Shown one piece after another: positions 23,973 to 35,161 of a stretch of 64,000 nucleotides of DNA. The stretch spans positions 1,426,001 through 1,490,000 of the forward strand of contig OZ025789.1 in assembly GCA_964019425.1 (NCBI GenBank), read 5' to 3'. The first letter of the stretch is position 1. Each line of letters begins with the position of its first letter. This stretch comes from Flectonema sp. DT1601. Taxonomy: Eukaryota. Below the pieces are notes generated by a model. That model did no database searches, was not told the DNA's origin, and saw nothing but the letters and a program-made list of their open reading frames with translations. The translations under genes were made by a program, and so were the position numbers.

Positions 23973-25264
23973 TTTTTAGTATTCTCGTGAATTGGTTTTT
24001 TTTTTTTTTTTTTTTTTTAACTTTTATGATTGTAGTCGACCCCTTACAACATACCCGTCTTTACGTCAGGTAAAGTATACAGTGAATCACTGCTGTTAAT
24101 TGAGAGGAGGAGGTAAACAGAAACTTTGCTTTGGCTTTCTAGTCATTCTGCTAAAGGATTTTGTTCTTTTATAGAAAGAAAAAAAAAAAAAAGGGAAATA
24201 AAAAAAACAGTTGAGAACACATGAATTATGGTGCTAGTGTTAAGTCTTTTATTATTTCCAACATTACACATTTTCTGAACGGTAGACGTGAGAGAGGAGT
24301 TGACTTGGGTTGGTAATTTAAATTTCCCCCCTTCTCGCACTCTCTTACACAACTTGACTTGTCAATTACTTTTCGTATTCACTCTTCTACTAAAGCTGCT
24401 GAAACACGCTGCTTTTTTATTATTCTGTTAGCTCCATCCCCTTCTACTCATTCCCGTAGTTTTCAGTTAAATTGTGAATTTATGAAATGGTTTCCTTTAT
24501 TTATTTTTTCTTTTTTACTTTTTATGGTAATCACAATACGCATAAAGCCCTGACACGTATTCCACCACTCGGTGTTGAATTGATCATCAGGTTCATCTGC
24601 CTGCTATTTTTATTGTAGTCGTTCTTTAGCTGCTGGTTGAGCTAACGAAACAACCACAAAAAAAGTATCCATTCAGCTATGCTTTGCGTAAGTGTTGTAA
24701 ACACGCGTGTAGAGTGTCCATAGAAATGACACACAAGAAGTCTGATGTGAGTAAAGAACAAACTTAAATAGTTAAAACAGAATACCAATTATTCATTTAC
24801 CCGACATTGTTGTTAGTTTAAGAAATGTGAACACAAAGGAAACAAAAGAAATCCCACCACCTCCCTTGGTCACTAATTTATAATACCCTGTGGTTGTGTA
24901 TTGTGCAAAAAAAAAAAAAAAAAAAAAAAAAAACGATTAATTCTTTTTTTTCAATTTTATAGTTTTATGAGAAGCTAAGTACCGCAGCCTTGAAATTTCA
25001 AGGCGTGCTCTTGCTGTCACTTTCTAAAATATGCCGTGGCAGGGATGCGGGTTGTCAGGTCTACCGAGTTGTAAGTTCAGTGGCAGAGGGTTCGAATTAT
25101 AGCAAACCATGAGCAGTAGACCCCCCTAATGGCAAGTTCCCCTGCTTCTTATGTGACTCATTCAGGTTCACACTTGGAAGGAAACCTTTATTAATTAACA
25201 ACAACAGGTATTTGAATTTATTATTATTTTTATTTTTCTATCCAGTATCAGTTCCTTACACAGT

Positions 25265-26185
25265 ATGCCTCTCGATATTTTCGATCCCCACTTTCACATT
25301 TGGGATACGAGTGATGACAGCTGCATGGACAGCAGCATTCTATTTAAGCCCAACGGTCAGGATATTTATAACACATCTGACTATGAGAAGGACATGTCAC
25401 AATGTGGATTCAATCACACTGGAGGTGTATTTATTGAAGCAATGTCAGTGTGCTACAAAGAGAAGAGTCCAGAAGAACTAAACGAGTATTGCAAAGAAGA
25501 AGGTCGTTGGGTAGTAAAACACCTAACACAATCTGATAAGAAGTACAATGCAGTTCTTTCTGCTTGTCTTGAAGCTGACAATATTGAAGAAACGTTGAAG
25601 TCATTGATATCTCTGGAGACTCCAACTGTAAAGGTTGTTGGGATACGACAAATAATTAATTTCGAACCAAATTGGCCACGTAACAAGGAAAACCTTTTGA
25701 AAAATAAAAATTGGATATCAGGATTAAAATTGTTAATTAAATTTAATCTTTCTTTTGATATGCAAATTAATATTCATCAAATACCTGATGCTGTTTCTGT
25801 TATTAAAGAAGTAGGTCCAGCGCTACCAGTAGTAATCAATCATATTGGTTGCACTACTGCTGTTGATTTACAGAATGAAGAAAATCTTTTCTCGCAGTTT
25901 AAAACCCTCTCTTCACTACCACAAGTCTTTATGAAATTAAGCATGATGTGTTACACTGATAAGAATTTTAATTCTAATGAATCGGTTCATAAATTAGTTT
26001 CTTTCTTAATAAAAAATTTTACATCCTCTCGCTGTATGTTTGCATCAAACTACCCTGTTGACATTAGAGACGGGTGGCCTGCCAGTAAATTATTTACTGC
26101 CTACCGTTCAATGGTAGCAGACTTACCTGAGGAGGACCAACAGAAGTTATTTGGTGAAACAGCTCGCACCTTTTATAAAGTGTGA
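25265..26185 (+). CDS. Amidohydrolase_2 family protein (sugar-lactonase-like)
   Basis: DPHFHIWD, VVGIRQ, LSFD, VVINHIG, FMKLS, RCMFASNYPVD, LFGETARTFY. Confidence 0.85.
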   Translation: MPLDIFDPHFHIWDTSDDSCMDSSILFKPNGQDIYNTSDYEKDMSQCGFNHTGGVFIEAMSVCYKEKSPEELNEYCKEEGRWVVKHLTQSDKKYNAVLSACLEADNIEETLKSLISLETPTVKVVGIRQIINFEPNWPRNKENLLKNKNWISGLKLLIKFNLSFDMQINIHQIPDAVSVIKEVGPALPVVINHIGCTTAVDLQNEENLFSQFKTLSSLPQVFMKLSMMCYTDKNFNSNESVHKLVSFLIKNFTSSRCMFASNYPVDIRDGWPASKLFTAYRSMVADLPEEDQQKLFGETARTFYKV

Positions 26186-26436
26186 AAGTGAATAGCTCCC
26201 AATAATGCCCACTATGTTAAAGTATGTCGGGCGGGTTGCGAATGTCTACCGAAAAAAAAAAAACGTCTCTCCTTCCAGTGGTATGAATATTATTAGTACG
26301 AACCTAAAAAAGGTAGAACAGATAATTCATGATGCCAGGTCACTTATTAAAAATAGTGATCTTTTATATAAAAGTATTTTTATTCATTATAAAATAATAA
26401 ATTACATTCTCAAAGGAGAACAATAAACAACCGAAT

Positions 26437-28491
26437 ATGAGTGAACTCGGAACCCCTCCAAGACGACAGGCGGATACATCTCCTCCAGCAGGAAGCTCTC
26501 CGCCAGCTATTACGTCACCTCCGCAGGGACCTGGTCAGAGGAAGTTGAAAGTAAAGAAACCGACTGATCATCGAGGAGCTGTTTTTAAGAGTTCTACTCA
26601 GAGATTTAGAACAGGTGACATCATTACTGCTTCTGGAGTCACTTTGATTGGTGCTGGAAAAGGAACTAAATCTGGTTCAGCTACACACATTTCATCAGTA
26701 CCACAATCAGCATACACTGTTGGGACTGCAACTCTTAGAAAACGTTATCCTCGACCTCAGAGATGGAATGTAGAATCCTGGGGTAATAAAGCAGAGTGTA
26801 TTGGTAAGATGACAATGGATTCACGATGCGTGGAAGTATGTGACAGTACTATTTGGTGTGCAGAACTCGACGGTAACATCACAATAAGAGAGAAGAATGG
26901 AGTCGTGTTTGCTGTAGTAGAAAGAGAACAAACAGCACCACAAATAACAACACTTCACTACGTTGGATCATCATGTCAAGGAGGTGTAATGTTAGTCGGT
27001 CATCAGAATGGAATGATTCTTTCATTAGATGCTCAACGTGCGACAAGAGTATCGGAAGACTATCAATTTCACACTGATGCAGTAGTTGCTATTCTACCTG
27101 TTTATCATGGGATTTATATTTCTTCACTTGCTGTGTCTGCTTCCGCAGATGGAACAATTGTCGCATTTGATGTCCACACGATGGAAAAATGCGGAGCAGA
27201 CATGAACCACGGATCCCCAGTAACATGTCTACAAGCATCAGGTCCATATTTATACAGTGGAGCTATTGATGGATCTGTTAAGAAGTGGGATATTCAAACT
27301 GGTTTTGAAATGGCTGATTACGTCTCAAAGAATAAAGGAGCCGTGACTAGCTTACTTCTTGAAGGTAAATACCTCTGGACTTGTCACAGTGATGAGCCAG
27401 CCATTATAATAATTGAGGTCACGGCAATGGTTGAAGTCCACGCGTTGCAACCAACTTCACCAAATCCGCCGATTCCTTTAAATTTGCTTTCAGTTCATCA
27501 AAATATCTGGGCTGGTCATGAAAACGGTACAATCTCAATATGGAACTCTCAGAATCTATCACTCGTCAGAGTTATGCAGACTGAAGATGACGCGAATATG
27601 ATTTCCCTTAACAAAGTTACTACTGTTCCAGAAGACTATGAAATCTGGTCTACTTGTGCTAATGGGATTTCAAGAATATGGAGGAATCAAGAGTACCAAC
27701 TACCAATATGGTGTAGTGATGTAGTAGCTGCAGGTGAGGATGAACTTATGGAATGTCGTAGAGAAGTTAAAAATATGAAACAACAGTTGGCAGAAAGAGA
27801 TGATAAAATAGCCTTACTAGAAAATGGTGTCAACAGACTCTCAGATGAAGCAACAGAGAGTAGTGATTTACAACGTAGTATTCAAAACCTCGCTATGAAT
27901 AGATCTCGTGAACTAGAAGTTGAATCTGAAAGAAGGAAACGTGTTGAACTTGAACTTGCAGAACTTCGTGACTCTCTAATATCATATCATAAAACAATTG
28001 TTCCATCGACACATCATCTTCTTCATTACAAACCTGATGATGTGTTGTCAATTGTTCAAAGTCTTACAACTCAACCGATTGTTTCAACTAATGAAGATAT
28101 TCTTTATAATCACATCACTTCTTTATATGAACAACACAAGAAACCTGACCAGTCTACACAAAGGAAGAGGAAGAAACACACAAAGAGTGAACTAATTGCG
28201 ATGATTAACACTTTAGTAGAAAACACAAATGAAAAGTCTGATAGTGCAGATGTCATTCCAGAACAGCAGAAGGAAGATCCGGTCTCTGAATGTGTTAACT
28301 GCGAGTCACTTCAAAACAAATTAAATACAAAGGAAGTAGAATGTGCTGAGCTCAAAGAAAAGGAACACGAACTCAAGGGTGACAATGAAAGGCTAACTGA
28401 CATGCTTGAAAAATTAAAACTATCTCACAAGAGAGTCTACGCACAGCTTCAAACTTTAACACAGTCACAGAATGAACAACTTCAACAATAA
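26437..28491 (+). CDS. WD40-repeat protein with C-terminal coiled coil
   Basis: HTDAVVAI..SASADGTI, HGSPVTCL..LYSGAIDGSVKKWD, IWAGHENGTISIWN. Heptad-rich C-terminus. Confidence 0.85.
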   Translation: MSELGTPPRRQADTSPPAGSSPPAITSPPQGPGQRKLKVKKPTDHRGAVFKSSTQRFRTGDIITASGVTLIGAGKGTKSGSATHISSVPQSAYTVGTATLRKRYPRPQRWNVESWGNKAECIGKMTMDSRCVEVCDSTIWCAELDGNITIREKNGVVFAVVEREQTAPQITTLHYVGSSCQGGVMLVGHQNGMILSLDAQRATRVSEDYQFHTDAVVAILPVYHGIYISSLAVSASADGTIVAFDVHTMEKCGADMNHGSPVTCLQASGPYLYSGAIDGSVKKWDIQTGFEMADYVSKNKGAVTSLLLEGKYLWTCHSDEPAIIIIEVTAMVEVHALQPTSPNPPIPLNLLSVHQNIWAGHENGTISIWNSQNLSLVRVMQTEDDANMISLNKVTTVPEDYEIWSTCANGISRIWRNQEYQLPIWCSDVVAAGEDELMECRREVKNMKQQLAERDDKIALLENGVNRLSDEATESSDLQRSIQNLAMNRSRELEVESERRKRVELELAELRDSLISYHKTIVPSTHHLLHYKPDDVLSIVQSLTTQPIVSTNEDILYNHITSLYEQHKKPDQSTQRKRKKHTKSELIAMINTLVENTNEKSDSADVIPEQQKEDPVSECVNCESLQNKLNTKEVECAELKEKEHELKGDNERLTDMLEKLKLSHKRVYAQLQTLTQSQNEQLQQ

Positions 28492-28935
28492 GATGTCGTT
28501 GATTCTTTTATTTGAGTTCCTTCGAAGTGTTTGTCGAAGTCAGCAGAGATAAGTACCAACCTGAGAACTAGTCCTACTTCAGTGACTCAGCTGTTTTCTT
28601 GTTGGGTGTGAATACCGTGTTTGACTCAGTAACAAAATAAATATTGAGGGAATAAAAAAGAAAAAAAAACTTCTAAAAAAAGAGAAAACAAATTTCTTCT
28701 GTAGATTGTGCTGTACCCTTTTTCACCCCACCCCTCCCGTTCGCGGCTTGTCGACAAAAAAAAAAAAAAAAAAAAAAAAGTAATATAAATAAAATGAAAT
28801 AAAACTGTAATTGTTGTTATTTTTTTGATGTTTGAAAAATTGAAAAAGTTCGAATTGACTAACGAAATAATCGAAAAAAAAGAGTCGTCAAAATAAATAT
28901 TTTTCCTTCCAAAAACAGTTTGAAATAATCAAAAG

Positions 28936-29208
28936 ATGTCCACAGCAATAGACACGAGATCACCAACTACTCCAAAGTCCCCGCTGGGTAACTTTGAACA
29001 CAGAGAAGCATTCATGAAACTAAGAGATTGGTTGTTCCATTTCTATTCGAAACACAATCCTGATATGATACTACTCGTTGATAAGATTGCTAATCAATGG
29101 GTTGGTGATGAGATGCAGTTATTTCATAGAATGTTATCGAGGTATCCTGAATTAACTGGAGAGTATCAATGGCTACTTGAATCACCTCACTCTTGTGTTA
29201 ATTGTTGA
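28936..29208 (+). CDS. Small protein with an LxxFYxxHNP..VDxI..WxGxE..L..Y helical module
   Basis: 90-aa ORF after an AAACAG acceptor-like site. The motif pattern resembles one I recall from uncharacterised protist proteins. Confidence 0.6.
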   Translation: MSTAIDTRSPTTPKSPLGNFEHREAFMKLRDWLFHFYSKHNPDMILLVDKIANQWVGDEMQLFHRMLSRYPELTGEYQWLLESPHSCVNC

Positions 29209-31773
29209 GGAACATGTCACGTCGAATATTATTCTTATTTCTCCAAACACACTATTTGGTTGAGTCGATTCGAATGTGTTGTGCGAGCAGCTGACATACT
29301 GAATGCAGACAAGTCTTCCCTCTCATTCTCTCCTGTCAAAGTACGAGATATGACATCACCGTCTTCATGAGGTTTTCAGTGACTACCACACTTAAGAAGT
29401 GCACAACAAAACGAGAATACGTTCCAAGAGTACAACACATCTATTCCTACCATGATGTACATTACGTCTTTTCCTAATGGAATGACCAACACGTGATGAA
29501 ACCAACATGCTGGGGGGGGAAAAGCGAAGTCGAAACGCTGTCCCCCGAAGGGTGCATAAAATGAAAACAAAAACCTGCTGGTGATCTTACAAGGCTCCAG
29601 ATCCTTAAGTAAAGAAGGAAGCCGGTTCACTCTCTTGATCAATAATGCTACTTGAAGTCAAGGAAATCAACCAGACAGCTACTAGCAAAGAAAAATAAAA
29701 CTTTTAAATTAACATCCCGACCACCAATGTAAACTAAAAAAATAATAAGATTCTGTGCACCTATTCGTTGTGTCATCCCCCAAAGGAATATCTTATCACC
29801 GCACGCAGTAGATGAGCAGTCCTGGACTGCTTCTTTCATTCTCCTTCCCGTACTAATACTTGCAAAAGAAAAAAAAAATGCAAAATAGTTTTGATTTTGT
29901 GAAATCCCAATAATGTTCTTGTCTTTTGGTGTGAAGTTTGCGTGCAGAAGCATGCTTCAGACTGTTGTAGGTGCGCACTCTCTGTCTATAATGAGTGCGT
30001 GTTGAGATACTCGCATATACTCCGTGATTCTTATCGCTGTGACTGCCACAGGTACTGATGTTGATTCCAAATAGCAGTCAACGCGGTTTTTATCGCCGTG
30101 ACTGGGTGTTGGATCTCTCTAACCTTTCCCACCTCTTGGCGTATTAAATGTATTTCATAGTAATAATACAGCTTTGGATTGTCCTCAGCTCCAAGTTGCC
30201 TTTGTTGTCAGTTGCCAATAAAAAGTATACTCCCCCCTTTCTTGTTTCTTTTTTTATTTTATTTTGTTCAGTTTCTACTTCCCACAGGATCCGAGTGTTG
30301 AATTCTGGTTAATGTTCTTCTTCCTAGTATTTCTTTTTTCTTTTTTTTTTTATAGTCTTCCCATCAATTAAGAACTCAGAGAAGTGTTACTTTACTAAAA
30401 TTAAAGTAACTTTCTGAGTCTGTTATCAGGTACGTAATTTGATTAATTAAAAAAAAACGTCTTGTCGTAGCATTTCACTGAGTCTATTCGGTTGTTCTAC
30501 AAGCTGAGTGATGTAGTCGTGTAATGTACCTGAGAGCCTTTTAATCACCGTGTTGCGAACACATGAAGAATCGTTTGGTGTTTAAAGAGCGTAGCGCTCT
30601 TGCCATATTCTCATGACAATAACAATAGTGGTTAGGTTGTTCAATCTTTTTTTGTTTTTTTGGTAAACTTAATAACCGTCTCCTGGTTCGTTCTGCAACC
30701 GTGTGATTGTTTTAACATCATTTTTTTTATTTTAGTTTTTTTTTTTTTTATAATCCTTTTCCCTCTTCCCAAAGAGGGGAAGTAATAACGTGTTTGGTTG
30801 TGTTGTCAAATAATTTGTGTTTTTTGAATCTTTTTAAGGTTGTCTTTATCAAATATCCCCCCCTTGAACTTTTGTTTATGAATAGTTTGTCTTACCCGAT
30901 GTGATAAATATGATGAGTTTTTAGCTGTCGAATATTGTTATCCTCTTTGGTTACCAGTTCCTAAGAAAGTAATGCGATGTGTTCTTGCTTTATTTATAAT
31001 CCCTCACACTAGTACCCTCATCCCTCACCCTGACTCTGACATGTTGATGCTGACTGTGCTCACGTGTTTTCTGGAGTTGGTTTTCTGCGATATTCTTTAG
31101 TGCTGTCTAGCCTCCTTTCTGAACTAGTAGAACGCTCTTGGAGTAGAAGAAGGCTTGCGAGATATTAATAAAAAAATTAAAAAAAAAAAAGTTCCTCACT
31201 CAGCGCATCATAAGATGCTTCTATTGGTGGTTCCCTGATCTCATTTCACAAAAAAACCTAAAATAGCAAACTATACGAGTTTTACCCTTTTTTATTCTTC
31301 CTTTGTAAACCACAAAGTGAAGCTGTTCTTTTTCTTTTTTTATTGACGAGGAGGATGCACTTATTCCATTTTAATAATATCGTTTGGTATTTAATGGGAA
31401 GGTACATACTTTCTGGTGGTGTTATGTTTCTTTTTTTTATATTTAGTTGTAACCCTCCCCTTAGCTGTTTGTATGCATTTTTTTTTTGTTTGTTTTTTCT
31501 TTCTTTTTTTTTTTTTCCTCCACAAAGCAGCAAGCCCTGCTTCTGTTTCTTATTCTTGTTGTCCTCCTGATTGATTCAACGAGTTCGCTAAGTAGACATT
31601 TGTCAAACTACAAACTCTTCGTTGGACTTTCTAACATTTTAGCTGACTAAGCGAACGTATTCCTGTTGGTTTTCTTTGAAAGTTATTATTATTATTTTTT
31701 TTTAAAATGTTTTTTTTTGGACTCTAGTTTCATTACTTTTTGATAAATTATTATTTCTTTCTTCAGCCACAAC

Positions 31774-33093
31774 ATGACAACAACTCCTACAAATGGTCCA
31801 AAACCTGAAGAGAAGGTCGAAATGGACACTTCAGAAGCAGAAGAAGTCACTCTAGAGTCACTATTACTACCTGAAGGAAAGTTACCAAGTGATGTTCAAA
31901 ACATGATGATTAGTTATAATAATAATGTTTTAAACGGATGGGTTAAACAAAAAGCACCCGTCTGTGCCGCAAGCAGTATGGCAGGAGCGTGGAATGCGAC
32001 ATTTGGTATTGGAAGAGACGATCCGGAAGCCGTTGCTCAAGATGACGTCATGGATATTTACAAAGAAGTTGTTGGAATGCAAATAACGAAAGCTCACGAC
32101 TCACTCTGTAGATCATTAATGATAAAGTCAATGGAACCTGCACTCGACTTAATCAAATTAAAAGTAGTCGAATCTGGGAGAGAACTCGGAGGACGTAAAG
32201 CTGTTGGAGTAACTCACAAAGAGTGTATTGTTCATTTAAAAGATTATTTAAAGCAGCTGGTTAAAACTGATGACCCTCTCGCATATGAAGTTGACGAGAA
32301 TCAACTTCCATCAAATGTCTTCTCCAGTTTTATTGATGTTTGGAAGTACACAAAGGAAAGAATAGCAAAAGACGAAGAGCAAAAACGTCTCGCTGCCGAA
32401 GAAGCAGCGAAGAACAAGGAAGAAGGAGAAAAAGAACCTGAAAATGTTTGTGTAGTTAAGTCAGAAAAGTCTCCGACTGCAGACGAAATATCTGAAGAGG
32501 AAAGGGAAAGCGAAGATGAAGATGAGGAAGTACAGAAAGGTGGTAAGAAGACGAAGAAGAAGAAGTCGAGAGAACTTTCCCAAACAGTTGCTGTGTTACT
32601 TTCAAGTTGGATGAGAGCCACAATTTCATTAGCGAAATTAAATAGAACTCCACATCCGAGTACGGGTGGAATCGGAAACTGGGGATTGTTAGAGGCCACA
32701 GAATACTTAAATCAGAAATCATCCAACACAATGAATATCAATCTCTTTATGGGACGCAGTGGTTCTGTCACTCACAAAGTCAAGTCGTCAGATCCGATTG
32801 CTGCAGCAGACAAACAATGGACTCTCTTGTGGGAAGCTTTCATATGTAAAGGTCAAACACTTTTATTTCATTTAACTAATCATTATGCTCTGATATTCGC
32901 AATGCGTTCTTATGTCGATGCCGAGGGTACGTTGATACGTGAAATCCTCACAGCACGTAGGGGTCAGCGTCCGAGTTCTTGGATTTCTTTTGAAAATGTC
33001 CGTCAGATCTTGTGCTCTTGGGGAGGGTACAAGATTGTTGTTTTAGCGAAGGCGAGTGAGCAGCCAGCATCGGAACCAGAACCGCAAGTTTAA
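31774..33093 (+). CDS. BIVM-like (papain/C39-fold-like) protein
   Basis: [24 protein letters not shown] and [10 protein letters not shown] match the Q..C..SS..WN / GN / H..NHY pattern of BIVM-type domains. Confidence 0.6.
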   Translation: MTTTPTNGPKPEEKVEMDTSEAEEVTLESLLLPEGKLPSDVQNMMISYNNNVLNGWVKQKAPVCAASSMAGAWNATFGIGRDDPEAVAQDDVMDIYKEVVGMQITKAHDSLCRSLMIKSMEPALDLIKLKVVESGRELGGRKAVGVTHKECIVHLKDYLKQLVKTDDPLAYEVDENQLPSNVFSSFIDVWKYTKERIAKDEEQKRLAAEEAAKNKEEGEKEPENVCVVKSEKSPTADEISEEERESEDEDEEVQKGGKKTKKKKSRELSQTVAVLLSSWMRATISLAKLNRTPHPSTGGIGNWGLLEATEYLNQKSSNTMNINLFMGRSGSVTHKVKSSDPIAAADKQWTLLWEAFICKGQTLLFHLTNHYALIFAMRSYVDAEGTLIREILTARRGQRPSSWISFENVRQILCSWGGYKIVVLAKASEQPASEPEPQV

Positions 33094-33563
33094 TTGTTTT
33101 TTTTGTGACTCAAAACAATAACATTGTTAGTGAAGTGAACCTACCTGGGGTAACTTATGAGTCACTTCGGCCTATCTTAGAAGTGACTGTACTCAGGTGT
33201 TATGTCTCATATCTGTTTGCGAATATTTTTGATCTCCAGCTTTGATCTTTTCTTAATTCAAAGTTACCGCACGTGGGTAACCCTCTCTCCTTTAAAAGAG
33301 TTCTTTTTTTTGTTTGTTTGAATACACAACCTCTGGATTGATTTATTTATTAGTTTTTTTTTTTAGAACCCATCTCGATGGGAGAAAATCCCTTTTTTAT
33401 TATTAGAAGTTAAGTCTGATTGGAGGAACTAGTGAGCTCAACATGTTCTACTTATCCAAACCAACAGGTGATAAAAGGAGATGCACGGATGACTTGTAGA
33501 GGAGACTGATCCTGTTGTAACATATGTTTTAAAAACTCTCATTATTTCCCCACCAAGTAGGCG

Positions 33564-35015
33564 ATGTCCTGTGAGCGTCAACAGTATTTAATCCACAGTA
33601 CTCTGTTTGACCTCCCTCCAAGATATGAGTTGAGTAACTCTTCTGATCATGATGGTGGTGGTGCTGTTGGGTTTTCTGCGTTTGGAGCTATTTGTAGAGC
33701 CTTTGATAGAAGATCAAATGATCAAGTTTTGATTAAGAAAGTAAACTGCGAAGGAAAGGAAGATCAGATTGTCGGAGAACTACAGCTCCTAACTCGACTT
33801 CGACACTACGGAATTGTGAGACTGCTAAACGGATTCACTAGCGAGAGTAAGAAAGGATTTGAGATATACCTGGTGTCTCCAGTAGCGGATTCTGATTTGT
33901 CACTTATAATAAAATCAGAACAAATATTATCAAAAGCACACGTTCGAGTGATCGCATTTCAACTTCTAGAGACTGCTCAATACCTCCACGAGTGTGGAGT
34001 AATCGTTACCTGCATAGCACCGAGTAATGTTTTGTGTAACTACAACTGTTCAATAATGTTAGCAGACTTGGGAAGAGTTATTCCTGTTGCGACTACTACG
34101 GAACCCGTGAATGTGAGATTCTTAAGAAATGACAGCTCACTACTTCATTACAGATCACCTGAGATACTACTTGACTACTCGACTATAACTCCGACATCAG
34201 ATATTTGGTCAATTGGTTGTATTGTTGTTGAGTTACTTCACAGGAAACCATTATTCTTAGGACAGACATGGCAAGAACAAGTCTGTGCTATTGTTGACTT
34301 ACTCGGAATTGATAAAGAACAGTTTCAAAGTCAAACAGCTGAATCAGGAGCACTTCAATCAACATTTCATAATACAACAATACCTCTCTCAGGAACGAGT
34401 GAGTTAATAAACAGTAATGATGTTAGCAGTGGTGTTGTTGGGGAATTGCCAACGTCACAACCGTCTGCTTCTTGCAGGCAGTTCTTAATTTCGATGGGGA
34501 AGAAGCTTCCGGTTCCGGTGCGTTCGTTTGTGCCTCAGGCTGATAAGTTTCTTGTTGATATGCTGGAGAATATGATTGTGTTTGAACCAACTGATAGACT
34601 TTCTGCTTATAAACTACTCGACCATCCATACTTTGATGGACACAACACTCGAGAGATTTCATTTGAGAAACCGTCTGGTACGGACTCAGGTCTCATAGTC
34701 AACACGTCGAATAAAATTGTGTTGTCGAGTGTGAAATTAGATTCCCCTGCGTCTGTTGCTGGTGTTGATCAGTTTGTTGGATACAAACTCGTTTCAATTA
34801 ATAACACTTCTGCTGCTCACCTCGATGCCTCCTCCATCTCAGGAAAGTCACTTACACACATGACTCTCCGCTTTGGTAGTCTCGCTGTTAGTCCACTCGC
34901 TGAACTCAGTCGTTGGGATCTCAGTTCGTATTCCAAAGAAGAGCTTCACACAATTATTGAAGAGGAGCTTGAAATCATTGACTCTGATGACTTTGAAGGT
35001 AGTAGCGAATCATAA
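33564..35015 (+). CDS. MAPK-like pseudokinase with PDZ-like insertion
   Basis: MAPK landmarks (FDLPPRYE, IYLV, DLSLIIKSEQ, YRSPEILL, DIWSIGCI, PLFLG, HPYF). HRD is replaced by VTC and DFG by DLG. Confidence 0.8.
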   Translation: MSCERQQYLIHSTLFDLPPRYELSNSSDHDGGGAVGFSAFGAICRAFDRRSNDQVLIKKVNCEGKEDQIVGELQLLTRLRHYGIVRLLNGFTSESKKGFEIYLVSPVADSDLSLIIKSEQILSKAHVRVIAFQLLETAQYLHECGVIVTCIAPSNVLCNYNCSIMLADLGRVIPVATTTEPVNVRFLRNDSSLLHYRSPEILLDYSTITPTSDIWSIGCIVVELLHRKPLFLGQTWQEQVCAIVDLLGIDKEQFQSQTAESGALQSTFHNTTIPLSGTSELINSNDVSSGVVGELPTSQPSASCRQFLISMGKKLPVPVRSFVPQADKFLVDMLENMIVFEPTDRLSAYKLLDHPYFDGHNTREISFEKPSGTDSGLIVNTSNKIVLSSVKLDSPASVAGVDQFVGYKLVSINNTSAAHLDASSISGKSLTHMTLRFGSLAVSPLAELSRWDLSSYSKEELHTIIEEELEIIDSDDFEGSSES

Positions 35016-35161
35016 TATTATCTCATCTGATGATCACTTACACTCAAAACACGTAGCAAAATTAACATTTTCGCCGTGAGAGAGATTTTATGTATATTAT
35101 TTGTTTTATATTTTGTCAGGTCAGTTCATAAAACAATTGAAGTAATCAACCTCATCATCTC

